Position numbers and translations under genes: made by a program. Under the pieces are notes generated by a model. That model was not told the DNA's origin, did not search any database, and saw nothing but the letters and a program-made list of their open reading frames with translations. A stretch of DNA of 64,000 nucleotides from a bacterium (GTDB lineage Bacteria; Patescibacteriota; Minisyncoccia; Phycocordibacterales; UBA2100): the NCBI GenBank assembly GCA_021781955.1, contig JAJXVV010000001.1, positions 95,519 through 159,518 of the forward strand, in the 5' to 3' direction. Positions 19,997 to 29,734 of this stretch are shown in pieces. How positions within the stretch are numbered: position 1 is the stretch's first letter; each line of letters opens with the position of its first letter.

Positions 19997-20024
19997 TTGA
20001 CAACTCATTTTAATATGCTATACT
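19997..20024 (+). promoter_or_regulatory. sigma70 promoter
   Basis: TTGACA 19997-20002, 16 nt spacer with extended TG, TATACT 20019-24. Confidence 0.75.
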
Positions 20025-20030
20025 CTCCTC

Positions 20031-20242
20031 CAGTTGGTTCCGCCGCATGCGGACTCTTCGCTCAGGGAGTCTGCAGGCGCACAGTACCGGGCAATGGTGG
20101 CTTCTCCAAGGACGAGACGGCGATGCTATCTCTATCCTCAGGATCATGTCGCAACTTTTCTACAAAAGCATTGCCCGGTACTGCGCACCTACTCCTAGCG
20201 GCCACGATAGCATCTCATTACCCCCGCGCAACGGGGGTTTGT
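20031..20242 (+). ncRNA. Unassigned structured ncRNA candidate with pseudoknot
   Basis: Perfect 15-bp helix 20082-96/20169-83; 9-bp loop-to-3' pairing 20122-30/20206-14; 5' hairpin 20048-75; terminal hairpin 20220-38. Confidence 0.6.
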
Positions 20243-20303
20243 GGTGTAAAACTTCGTGCCGCGCCTTCCCGGATATGTTTTGAGAGCGGTGTTTCCCACG
20301 TGT

Positions 20304-21998
20304 TCACGTGATCGTCTCGAGCGTCACGTTGTCCGTGAGGTCGACCACGCGGCCGAGCTCCTCGAGCGCGGTGACGCCTTGCAAGACCTTCACCGCGCCG
20401 TCCTGCGCCATGCGGCGGATATTCTGGTGCTTTGCCGCCGCCCATATCTCACGCTCGGAGGAGGTGTGGCGCACGCACTCCTCTATCGCGTGGTCCATGA
20501 GTATCACCTCGACGACCGCGATGCGGCCCTTGTAGCCCAAGCCGCCGCATTTCTCGCAGCCTTTGGGCAGCCACATGATGTCGCGATTGGCCGGCAGCTC
20601 GTCGGCGTGCGGAATGGCGCGGAGAAGCGGCTCCATAAGCTTGCGCGAGGCGTCATCGATCGGCGTCGGCATGCGGCAGTGCGGGCACAAGCGGCGCACG
20701 AGGCGCTGCGCCATCGCCACGGTCACTGAAGCGCCCAAAATATCGGCGTTGACTCCCATATCTATCAGGCGAGGGAAGGTGCCGGCGGCGTCATTGGTGT
20801 GGAGCGTGGAGAACACGAGGTGGCCGGTGAGCGAGGCGTGCACGGCCGTCGAGGCGACTTCGGCATCGCGGATCTCGCCGACCATGATGACGTCCGGGTC
20901 TTGGCGCAAGGTGCTGCGCAAACCGGAGGCGAACGTGTAGTCCTTCGAGACTTGCGTCTGGACGATGCCGGCGAGGTGGTACTCGATCGGGTCCTCGATA
21001 GTGATGACCTTGATCTGCGGCGAGGCGACGTGCGAGAGGAAGGCGTAGAGCGTCGTTGTTTTTCCGGAGCCGGTCGGACCGGTGTTGAGTATCATGCCGT
21101 TCGGCTTCGCGATTTCATGATCGAAAATCTCCATGAGGTATTTGTCGAATCCGAGCGCGTCCATGGGGAGCGATATTGTCGTCGGATCGAGCACGCGCAT
21201 GACGATGGTCTCCGCATAGGAGCCGGGAAGCACGGAGGTACGTATTTCGATCTCTTTTTGATTGACCACGATAGAGAAGCGGCCGTCCTGCGCGGCGTTC
21301 TTGATGTTGAGCTTGAGGCCCGAGAGCAGCTTGATGCGGGAGGAGACGAGCGCGTACGTGGGCGGATCGAACATGGTGGCTTCGACCAAAACGCCGTCGA
21401 GGCGGTAGCGCATACGGACGCCCGCGTCCTCAGGTTCCAGGTGGATGTCTGAGGCACTGAGCGCGAGTGCGCCGCTCATCATGATTTCGAGCACGCGCGA
21501 GATGCGATGTGTGTCTTTCGAGCCCGCATGCGACCCGATCTCGGCTTTCACATCGGCGAGCGTTCGCAGCTTGCCGAGCATCTCTTGGATGGTCTCGTTG
21601 GAGAGCGTGAGGACGCCTGCCTCGGTCTCGGTCGCGTATGAAATGTCGCGATAGCGGTCCCATGCATGCTCAAGCGAGGCCTTCGAGACGATGAAGCGGT
21701 GCGGACGATAGCCCAAGCGCTCGAGGTCGGCCAGGGCCTGGAGCGCATCGGGCCGCTCCGGCGCGCGCATCGCGAGGAACACGTCCTTATTGACCTTATG
21801 GAAGGCGGCGACTTCGGCCGGACGGGCCCGCTTCTCGTCGACGAGGCGAAGCGCGTCGGTGTCGATCGATCTTGAGGTGAGGTCGACGTACTCGACGCCA
21901 TACTTGTGCGAGAGCATCTCCGCGAGCTGCTCTTCTTCGCGCGCGCGGAGCTCGCTCAACCGCTCCTGCGATTTCTTGTCATTGAACTGCATCGCCAT
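20304..21998 (-). CDS. pilB: Type IV pilus assembly ATPase PilB/GspE family
   Basis: ASDIHLEP, QDGRF, GPTGSGKTTT, TIEDPIEY, LRQDPD, TGHLVFSTLHTN, two CxxC. Confidence 0.92.
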   Translation of the reverse strand: MAMQFNDKKSQERLSELRAREEEQLAEMLSHKYGVEYVDLTSRSIDTDALRLVDEKRARPAEVAAFHKVNKDVFLAMRAPERPDALQALADLERLGYRPHRFIVSKASLEHAWDRYRDISYATETEAGVLTLSNETIQEMLGKLRTLADVKAEIGSHAGSKDTHRISRVLEIMMSGALALSASDIHLEPEDAGVRMRYRLDGVLVEATMFDPPTYALVSSRIKLLSGLKLNIKNAAQDGRFSIVVNQKEIEIRTSVLPGSYAETIVMRVLDPTTISLPMDALGFDKYLMEIFDHEIAKPNGMILNTGPTGSGKTTTLYAFLSHVASPQIKVITIEDPIEYHLAGIVQTQVSKDYTFASGLRSTLRQDPDVIMVGEIRDAEVASTAVHASLTGHLVFSTLHTNDAAGTFPRLIDMGVNADILGASVTVAMAQRLVRRLCPHCRMPTPIDDASRKLMEPLLRAIPHADELPANRDIMWLPKGCEKCGGLGYKGRIAVVEVILMDHAIEECVRHTSSEREIWAAAKHQNIRRMAQDGAVKVLQGVTALEELGRVVDLTDNVTLETIT

Positions 21999-22150
21999 TC
22001 CCTCCATTGTATCGCAAAAACAAAACGCTCCGCAGAAAACGGCGGAGCGCGACAGCGCAAACCACGAACGGTTTAGTACCGAACACCAGCTCGCCTAGGA
22101 GGCCCCCTGCCACAGGTTGCTGGCTGTATCCAACTTGCTACGATGCGCGC

Positions 22151-22630
22151 ATGCAGGTGCGGTCGCTCGCCGAGTTTGAGGCCGAAGCTGTGCGGTTCGC
22201 CCGCACGCTCTCGCCGCGCGAGAGCGGCGCGACGGTCGTGACGCTGTCGGGAGAGCTTGGGGCGGGGAAGACGACGTTTGTGCAGACGCTGGCGCACGCG
22301 TTCGGGGTGGCCGGGCAGGTGACGAGCCCCACCTTCGTCATCGAGAAGGCATATGCGCTCACCGGCCAGGCGTTCGCCCGGCTCGTCCACATTGACGCGT
22401 ATCGCTTGGAGGACGCACCTCAGCTCGAGGTTTTGGGCTGGAACGAGATGATCGCTGACGCGGGTAATCTCATCGTGCTCGAGTGGCCGGAAAAAGTTGC
22501 CGCTGCCATTCCGCAAAGCGCTATCCGGCTCCGCTTCGATATCGAAGGCGACGCGCGGACCATACGCGAGAAGCGGGAACAAGCTCAAGATCGAGAAACG
22601 CTACGGACACGCCCCGATCGGACAGCCTGA
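22151..22630 (+). CDS. tsaE: t6A tRNA modification ATPase TsaE
   Basis: LSGELGAGKTT, VTSPTF, HIDAYRL, LEWPE. Confidence 0.95.
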   Translation: MQVRSLAEFEAEAVRFARTLSPRESGATVVTLSGELGAGKTTFVQTLAHAFGVAGQVTSPTFVIEKAYALTGQAFARLVHIDAYRLEDAPQLEVLGWNEMIADAGNLIVLEWPEKVAAAIPQSAIRLRFDIEGDARTIREKREQAQDRETLRTRPDRTA

Positions 22631-22729
22631 CGCCAATTACGTTCTCGATGATCCCGCTGAGCCTGAGTCTCAGCGGGGCACTCTCTTTCTCGTTCGACAT
22701 TGCGAGCAGAGGGCGTATCATCGTGGGTG

Positions 22730-25120
22730 ATGGCAGCGCGCAAGAAGACGTTATTGCTTCTCGATTCCAACGCGATCGCGCACCGCGCCTACCACGCGAT
22801 ACCCGACCTCACGTCGAGCGACGGAGCGCCGACCGGCGCGCTCTACGGGCTCGCCTCCATGCTTCTCAAGACGATAGCCGACCTCAAGCCGGACTACATC
22901 GTCGCTACGCGCGATCGCGCCGAGAAAACGCACCGGCATGAGACATATGAGGACTACAAAGCGACGCGCGCGAAAACAGACGAGTTTTTGATCGAGCAGC
23001 TGAAGCGGATGCCGGAAGTTTTTGACGCGTTCGGCATCCCGGTCATCGATAAAGCGGGGTATGAGGCCGACGATATCATCGGCACGATCGCCGAGCAGGC
23101 CAAGCAGCAGCGCGACCTCTTCACCATTATCGTCACCGGCGACATGGACATGCTGCAGCTTATCGATGACGGCAAGGTCACGGTGTATCGCTTGCTCACC
23201 GGCATCTCCAACATGAAGTTCTTCGACGAGGCGGCGGTCAAAGAGCGCTACGGATTTGGTCCGGAACACGTGACCGACTACAAGGGGATGCGCGGCGACC
23301 CGTCGGACAATATCAAGGGTATCAAAGGCATCGGTGAGAAGACCGCGACCGAGCTCATTCAAAAGTTCGGTTCGATCGAGGAAATCTACCGTACCCTCAA
23401 AAATGATCCCGACGCGCTCACGAAGAACGGGGTGCGACCGCGCACGGCCCTGCTGCTCGCGGAAGGCGAGAAAGATGCGATTTTCTCGAAAGATCTCGCG
23501 ACCATCCGGCGCGATGCGCCCGTCTCCTTCGATCTGCCAGATCACCCGTGGCGACTCAGCGATCATGCCGAGGGCATCGGAGCGCTCTGCGATAAGCTTG
23601 AGTTCCACTCGCTCAGGGATCGGCTCGCGGCGCTCACGGGGAAGGGGCACAAAGACGCAGACCCTCGCGGCGAGAACTCGGAGCCCGATGACGCACCCGT
23701 CGATCCGCAGACTCTCGCGGAAACGTCCATCGCGCTGTGGCTTCTCCACTCCGACATGACCGCGCCCTCTCTCATGGAAATCGAAGAGTACGCGAAGACC
23801 AAGGACCTCGCGAAAGCGCACGCGACGGTACTTGCCGAACTCGAGAGAACCGGCCATCTCCAGCGCGTTTTTGACGAGATAGAGAAGCCGCTTATTCCAA
23901 TCATCGCGCGCATGAATGAGACCGGTATAGCGATCGATACCGCACGGCTCCAGACGCTTTCGCGTGAGTACGGCACGGAGTTGAGCGTGATCGCGGCGCG
24001 TATCTACCGGCAGGCGGGGCACGAGTTCAACATCAATTCGCCCAAGCAGCTCGCGGTCGTGCTCTACGATGAGCTCAAGCTTCAGCCGGAAAAGCAGAAG
24101 CGCACCGCGACCGGCGCGCGCACGACGCGCGAGGAAGAGCTCGCGAAGTTCGCCGGAGCGCATTCTGTCGTCGCCGACGTGCTCGCGTACCGCGAACTGC
24201 AAAAGCTCCTTTCGTCGTACGTGAATAAGATGCCCGCGCTCGTCGGTGGCGATGGCAGGCTCCGCGCGAAGTTCATGCAGGCGGGTACGACGACTGGCCG
24301 CATGTCGAGCCAAGACCCGAATTTGCAGAACATTCCCATCAAGACCGAGTACGGGCGGCGTATCCGCGACGCGTTCGTCGCGCAGCCCGGCTCCGTGCTC
24401 GCAGCGCTCGACTACTCGCAGATAGAGCTACGCATCGCGGCGGCGCTCTCCGGCGACGAAAAGCTCATCGCCTCGTTCGTGCGCGGCGCGGACATCCATG
24501 CAGTGGTGGCCGCCGAAGTGTTCGGCGTGTCTCAAGACAAGGTGGATCACGAGATGCGTCGCCGCGCGAAGGTCGTCAACTTCGGCATTCTCTACGGCAT
24601 GGGCGTCAATGCGTTGCGCGCCACGCTCGGACCGAACGTCTCTCGCGCCGACGCAGCGGAGTTCCTCGAGCGCTACTTCGAGCGGTTCCCGAAGTTGCGT
24701 GACTACGTCGAGCGCACGAAACGCGATGCCGCAAAACACGGCTACACTGAAACGCTCTTCGGACGGCGGCGCTATTTCAGCGGGTTCAAGTCGTCGCTCC
24801 CGAATCTGCGCGCGCAGGCCGAGCGGATGGCGATCAACGCGCCGATACAGGGGACGCAAGCCGATGTCATCAAGCTCGCGATGGTGCGCGCTGACGCGCT
24901 CATCGAGGAGAGGGGGTGGCGTGAGCGAGTGCATCTCGTGCTGCAGGTGCACGACGAACTCGTGTATGAGCTCGACAGCACGATCGCCCACGAGGCGGCG
25001 CGTGCGATACGTGACGTGATGGAGCACGCGGTGCCCAACGATAAGCTCTCCGGCGTGCCAATCATTGCCGAGGTCGAGGTGGGGGAGCGATGGGGCGACA
25101 TGGAACAGCTCAAGCGCTGA
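22730..25120 (+). CDS. polA: DNA polymerase I, compact (proofreading domain largely absent)
   Basis: 5'-3' exo (YEADD, GDMD, GDPSDN); polymerase DYSQIELR, RRRAKVVNFGILYG, LQVHDEL. Confidence 0.96.
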   Translation: MAARKKTLLLLDSNAIAHRAYHAIPDLTSSDGAPTGALYGLASMLLKTIADLKPDYIVATRDRAEKTHRHETYEDYKATRAKTDEFLIEQLKRMPEVFDAFGIPVIDKAGYEADDIIGTIAEQAKQQRDLFTIIVTGDMDMLQLIDDGKVTVYRLLTGISNMKFFDEAAVKERYGFGPEHVTDYKGMRGDPSDNIKGIKGIGEKTATELIQKFGSIEEIYRTLKNDPDALTKNGVRPRTALLLAEGEKDAIFSKDLATIRRDAPVSFDLPDHPWRLSDHAEGIGALCDKLEFHSLRDRLAALTGKGHKDADPRGENSEPDDAPVDPQTLAETSIALWLLHSDMTAPSLMEIEEYAKTKDLAKAHATVLAELERTGHLQRVFDEIEKPLIPIIARMNETGIAIDTARLQTLSREYGTELSVIAARIYRQAGHEFNINSPKQLAVVLYDELKLQPEKQKRTATGARTTREEELAKFAGAHSVVADVLAYRELQKLLSSYVNKMPALVGGDGRLRAKFMQAGTTTGRMSSQDPNLQNIPIKTEYGRRIRDAFVAQPGSVLAALDYSQIELRIAAALSGDEKLIASFVRGADIHAVVAAEVFGVSQDKVDHEMRRRAKVVNFGILYGMGVNALRATLGPNVSRADAAEFLERYFERFPKLRDYVERTKRDAAKHGYTETLFGRRRYFSGFKSSLPNLRAQAERMAINAPIQGTQADVIKLAMVRADALIEERGWRERVHLVLQVHDELVYELDSTIAHEAARAIRDVMEHAVPNDKLSGVPIIAEVEVGERWGDMEQLKR

Positions 25121-25126
25121 ATCCCT

Positions 25127-25759
25127 ATGCTCTACCTCTTGCTCGGCACTGACAAAACGAAAGCACGCGAAGCGGCGCGCAAGCTCGGCAAGGGCGCGGA
25201 AGAGTTGCGCATCAACGATGCGAGCGGCGTCCAGGACCTCGAGGCCGCCTTGCGGGGCGGCGGACTTTTTGGCAGCAAGCATCTCGTGCTCTTGGAAGGC
25301 ATCTTAGCCAACGAAGACATGCGCGTCTTTCTCGAGCGCTCGATCGACGTGCTCGGCGATTCGCCGGATACCTTTTGTGTGCTTGAGGACAAGCTGGACG
25401 CGGCGACCCGGAAGCGTTTCGAAAAATACACGCAGAAGACCGAGGTATTCGATCTACCGATGAACAAAGCGGCGCACGACGATAATTTTTTCGCGCTCGC
25501 GAACGCGCTGCGCGCGGGGTCGAAGAAAGACCTCTGGCTCGTCCTCGAGCGGGAGCTCTTGGGCGGCAAGGCGCCGGAAATGCTCCACGGCTCGCTCTTT
25601 TGGGCGGCAAAACAGATGGTGCTGAAGCCTCGGAAGGCGGCTGATAGGGAGCGCGGCAAGCGCCTCGTGGAGGCGCTTGCCGCGCTCCCGCACGAAGCCC
25701 GCCGCCGGGGCGAGGAGCTGGATTATGCACTGGAGCGGTTTGCGCTCTCCGGAATATGA
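25127..25759 (+). CDS. holA: DNA polymerase III delta subunit-like, short
   Basis: MLYLLLGTD, GLFG, NFFALANAL, ends ALERF.L; follows polA. Confidence 0.6.
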   Translation: MLYLLLGTDKTKAREAARKLGKGAEELRINDASGVQDLEAALRGGGLFGSKHLVLLEGILANEDMRVFLERSIDVLGDSPDTFCVLEDKLDAATRKRFEKYTQKTEVFDLPMNKAAHDDNFFALANALRAGSKKDLWLVLERELLGGKAPEMLHGSLFWAAKQMVLKPRKAADRERGKRLVEALAALPHEARRRGEELDYALERFALSGI

Positions 25760-25772
25760 TACTATTTTCTGC

Positions 25773-27125
25773 ATGAACTACCTGCGTTTTGTCGCCGCGT
25801 TTATCATCGCGTCGATTACTTTAGCAGTGCCACTGTCGGCGTATGCGGTCGGAGTCGCGGCCGACGCGTACTGTAAATCGACGTGCACCAACCTAATCCA
25901 ACAAGCGCAGGCGACCGGGAACGCGGCGGTGGTTCAACAAGCAATCGCAAAGTGTCAGGCGACCGTCTGTACCGACGTCACGAGCAGCCTTACGACGACC
26001 GGCACCTGCACCTATCCGGCGATGGAGTGTCAAGGGAAGAGCTCAAGTGGCGGCGCCGGCAACAGCGGCGGATTGCTTGACTCCTCCAGTCTCAGCGGAC
26101 TCGGCACGGTCTTGGGCATGCTTCTCGGCAAACTCATGCAAGGGCAGCCGGGAGGCGGGAGCGGGTCAGCAGCGGGCTCGATGCCGTACACGACCGCCGG
26201 CACGACCGGTTGCACCGGTTCGTACTTCCAGACGTCCGATATTTCGCAACTCTCCAACCCCTGCGCGATGTATTCGCCCTCGACGACCAGCAATTCTCCA
26301 GCCAGCACTCTCGCGACGGGCACCACCGGGAGCACCTGTGACGCGCTGAGCCAGCTCCTTGGCACCTGCAATTCGTCGAACGCCACGAGCACTGGATCGC
26401 CGGTCACCATCACCAACAACAACGTCAACACGAATACCAACGCGACCCCGAGCACGTCGCTCACGACGGTCCAAGGGACGACGACCGCGAGCACGACGTC
26501 CGGTCTCGGCACGCCTGCGGTCCTCGGGCCGCAGAGCCAGTCGGGAAACATCCTCTTCACCACCAACGGAGCGACCATCGTCGGCAGCTTGCTCAACCTG
26601 CCCAATAACTCGACCATCGCCGGCTTTTATGGCGGCGATTCGTTCAGCAACGGCAAGCCGCAGGGCATCGCGGCGTCGTTGTGTCAGTCGCGTCCGTGGG
26701 CCAACAGTTTCGTCTCCGCGCTCATTCCTTCGAGCTTCTTCGACAACCTCTGCTCCTCCAACGGCTACCAGGTAGGCGCGCCGCCCGCGCCCCAGGTCCA
26801 ACTCCAGCAAACGCCCGCGAGTACGCCGAAACCGGCCGCTCCTGCGGCGGCGACCACGGCCGCGACCTCGTCCGTGCCAGCCGTTGTCCAGGTTTGGGCC
26901 GTTCCCGCCTCCGTGCCGCTCGACACGCGTACCGAAGTGTATTGGGCGACCCAGGGCGTGACCCAGTGCAATGTGGCCTCGCCTGACGGCCAGTTCAACG
27001 AGAACACGCTCTCCGGCGGAGCAGCCACGGTGCCGCTCACAGGCGCGACCACCTTCACCATCTCGTGCACCGATTCTTCCGGCAACCCCATCACCAACTA
27101 CGTCACGGTCAACATCTCTTCGTAG
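25773..27125 (+). CDS. Secreted Ser/Thr/Gly-rich, Cys-rich protein with C-terminal Ig-like domain
   Basis: Signal peptide MNYLRF...SAYA; Cys pairs; C-terminal beta domain. Confidence 0.8.
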   Translation: MNYLRFVAAFIIASITLAVPLSAYAVGVAADAYCKSTCTNLIQQAQATGNAAVVQQAIAKCQATVCTDVTSSLTTTGTCTYPAMECQGKSSSGGAGNSGGLLDSSSLSGLGTVLGMLLGKLMQGQPGGGSGSAAGSMPYTTAGTTGCTGSYFQTSDISQLSNPCAMYSPSTTSNSPASTLATGTTGSTCDALSQLLGTCNSSNATSTGSPVTITNNNVNTNTNATPSTSLTTVQGTTTASTTSGLGTPAVLGPQSQSGNILFTTNGATIVGSLLNLPNNSTIAGFYGGDSFSNGKPQGIAASLCQSRPWANSFVSALIPSSFFDNLCSSNGYQVGAPPAPQVQLQQTPASTPKPAAPAAATTAATSSVPAVVQVWAVPASVPLDTRTEVYWATQGVTQCNVASPDGQFNENTLSGGAATVPLTGATTFTISCTDSSGNPITNYVTVNISS

Positions 27126-27174
27126 CGCGCTCGGCGCGTGAAAGAAGCGACTCAAGCCGGTGTATCACCGGCAT

Positions 27175-28404
27175 ATGAACCCCTTTGAACAATCGCAGCT
27201 CCAGTTCTCGCGCGCGCTGGCGGTGCAGGACATATCCGAAGAATTGCGCGCGCGACTTTCCGAGCCCGAGCGTCAGATTACTGTCGCGATACCGGTTCGC
27301 ATGGACGATGGCTCGGCCCGCATCTTCGAAGGGTACCGCGTGCAGTACTCGAGCCTGCGCGGGCCCTACAAAGGCGGCATCCGCTACCATCACGACGCCG
27401 ATCTCAACGAGGTGAAAGCGCTCGCGTTCTGGATGACGCTCAAGTGCGCGGTCGCGAATATCCCGATGGGCGGAGGCAAGGGCGGGATCGCTGTCGATCC
27501 GAAAAAGCTCTCCAAACGCGAGCTTGAGGAGCTCTCGCGCGGACTAGTCCGTGCGCTGTACCCGGTCTTGGGTCCCGAGCGCGATGTTCCTGCGCCCGAC
27601 GTGAACACGACGCCCGAGATCATGCGTTGGATGGCCGACGAGTACCAAAAGCTCACGGGCGACAAGCGCAATGCCACCTTCACCGGCAAACCGATCGATT
27701 ACGGCGGTTCCGAGGGCCGTGGCGAGGCGACCGGTGCGGGCGGATTTTACGTGTTCCAAGCGCTGCACGACGAGCTCAAGCTTCCGAAAAAGATCTCGGT
27801 CGCCATCCAGGGCATGGGCAACGTCGGCGCCAACGCGGCACACATTTTTACCAGGGCGGGGCATACGGTGGTCGCGATGTCAGACTCAAAGAGCGGCGTC
27901 TACGCGCCCGGGGGGCTCGACCCGCATGCGGTCGAACGCTACAAGAAAGAGCACGGGTCGCTCGCCGGGTTCCCCGACGCGAAGCAGGTGTCCAACAACG
28001 AGCTGCTCGAGCTGCCGTGCGATGTGCTCATTCCCGCAGCGCTCGAAAATCAGATCACGCACCAAAACGCTCCACATATCCGCGCGAAAGCCGTGCTCGA
28101 GCTCGCGAACGGCCCGACCTCTCCGGAGGCCGACGACATTCTCTTCAAGAAAGGCATTCACGTCATACCCGACATCCTCGCCAACTCCGGCGGCGTGGTC
28201 GTGTCCACCTTCGAGTGGGAGCAGAATCTGAAAGGGGAGCGCTGGAGCGAGAAAGCGGTGCACGAAAAATTGCACACGCTTCTCACCCGCGAATCGAAGC
28301 ACATTTGGGAAAAAGCTCGTAAGCTCAAGACCGACTTGCGCCGCGCCGCGTTCGTCATCGCCCTCGAGCGGCTTGAGGAGGCGCGCAAGGCGGCTGAACG
28401 CTAG
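27175..28404 (+). CDS. gdhA: Glu/Leu/Phe/Val dehydrogenase (glutamate dehydrogenase)
   Basis: GPYKGGIRYH, GGGKGG, DVPAPD, QGMGNVG, ELANGP, PDILANSGGV. Confidence 0.93.
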   Translation: MNPFEQSQLQFSRALAVQDISEELRARLSEPERQITVAIPVRMDDGSARIFEGYRVQYSSLRGPYKGGIRYHHDADLNEVKALAFWMTLKCAVANIPMGGGKGGIAVDPKKLSKRELEELSRGLVRALYPVLGPERDVPAPDVNTTPEIMRWMADEYQKLTGDKRNATFTGKPIDYGGSEGRGEATGAGGFYVFQALHDELKLPKKISVAIQGMGNVGANAAHIFTRAGHTVVAMSDSKSGVYAPGGLDPHAVERYKKEHGSLAGFPDAKQVSNNELLELPCDVLIPAALENQITHQNAPHIRAKAVLELANGPTSPEADDILFKKGIHVIPDILANSGGVVVSTFEWEQNLKGERWSEKAVHEKLHTLLTRESKHIWEKARKLKTDLRRAAFVIALERLEEARKAAER

Positions 28405-28446
28405 CGTCTCGGCCCCCTTCGTTGCAGTGTGGTATCCTGCCGATAC

Positions 28447-29493
28447 ATGGAAACGGTGTTCCTCATGCTGCTCGCGTTCGTGCCGATCACGCTCGGCGCG
28501 CAGCTTGCGGGGATCGCGCCTGCGTACCTCTTCTTCCTCTCCGCGTTCGCCATCGTGCCGCTCGCCAAGTACATCGGCGAAGCGACCGAAGAGCTCGCTG
28601 CGCGCAGCTCGCCCGCGATCGGCGGGCTCTTGAACGCGACCTTCGGCAACGCGACCGAGCTCATCATCGGCGTGCTCGGCTTAAGCGCCGGGCTCATCGA
28701 GGTGGTGAAAGCGTCGATCACCGGCTCCATCATTGGCAACTTGCTGCTCGTGCTCGGGTTCTCAATGTTCCTCGGCGGCTGGAGGCGGGAGAAGCAGACA
28801 TTCAACAGGACCGCGATGCTCGCGAGCGCCTCAGCGCTTTTTCTCGCGGTCATCGCACTCGTCATGCCCGCGCTTTTCTCAAGCACGGTTCCCGATGCCG
28901 CGCCGAATGTCGTCGAATCGCTGAGCGTGCTCGTCTCGCTCGTCCTGCTCATCGTGTACGCAGCCGGCCTGTGGTTCTCGCTGCGCACGCACAAGCATCT
29001 CTACCTCGAGGAAGTGGGGAAGTACGAAGCGCGGTGGGGCGTGGCTCGGGCGCTTACGGTCCTCACGGCCGCGACGCTTTCGGTCGCGGTCATGAGCGAT
29101 ATTTTGGTGAACTCGATCCGACCGCTCGTGTCCGACCTCGGCTGGACCCAGCTTTTCATCGGCGTCATTTTCGTCGCTATCGTCGGCAACGCGGCCGAGC
29201 ACGTTTCCGCGCTCACGACCGCCCGCAAGAATCGCATGGACCTTTCGCTCCAGATATCCATCGGCTCGGCGACACAGATCAGCATGTTCGTCGCGCCGCT
29301 CCTGGTGCTCGCGAGCGTGCTCGTCGGGCAGCCGATGAGCCTCGTGTTCAACGCCTTCGAGCTCGCCGCGATGGTGTTGTCGGTGGTCATCGTCTATTTC
29401 GTCATCGCCGACGGCGAGAGCAACTGGCTCGAAGGCGCGCAGCTTCTGGCCGCCTATGCCATCATGGCCGCCGCATTCTTCTTTCATCCGTAG
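28447..29493 (+). CDS. Calcium/proton exchanger (CAX/ChaA)
   Basis: NATFGNATE, GSIIGNLLLV, IVGNAAEH, DGESNWLEG. Confidence 0.93.
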   Translation: METVFLMLLAFVPITLGAQLAGIAPAYLFFLSAFAIVPLAKYIGEATEELAARSSPAIGGLLNATFGNATELIIGVLGLSAGLIEVVKASITGSIIGNLLLVLGFSMFLGGWRREKQTFNRTAMLASASALFLAVIALVMPALFSSTVPDAAPNVVESLSVLVSLVLLIVYAAGLWFSLRTHKHLYLEEVGKYEARWGVARALTVLTAATLSVAVMSDILVNSIRPLVSDLGWTQLFIGVIFVAIVGNAAEHVSALTTARKNRMDLSLQISIGSATQISMFVAPLLVLASVLVGQPMSLVFNAFELAAMVLSVVIVYFVIADGESNWLEGAQLLAAYAIMAAAFFFHP

Positions 29494-29616
29494 CGAAATC
29501 GCGCTATATTCTCAACATTCGCCCCGCTCCTGGCGGGGGAATACCACCGCCCATATATTCATATGGACGGGGCAGTCGGAGGGAATGAAAACTCGCTTTC
29601 ATTTCGCTCCTCCTTA

Positions 29617-29689
29617 CCGCCCATAGCTCAGTCGGTAGAGCAGCTCCCTTTTAAGGAGATGGTCGCAGGTTCGATCCCTGCTGGGCGGA
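29617..29689 (+). tRNA. tRNA-Lys(TTT)
   Basis: CCGCCCA/TGGGCGG acceptor, loop CTTTTAA, GGTTCGATCC. Confidence 0.93.
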
Positions 29690-29734
29690 CAAACGAGATG
29701 TTATGCTAATGCGCGTTACGCCAGAAAAGCGCCT

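Noticed and set aside
20047-20283. 78-aa ORF, and a 34-aa ORF from ATG 20094, downstream of the strong promoter
   Set aside because: No ribosome-binding signal or recognisable motif; cannot be fully excluded without Ribo-seq
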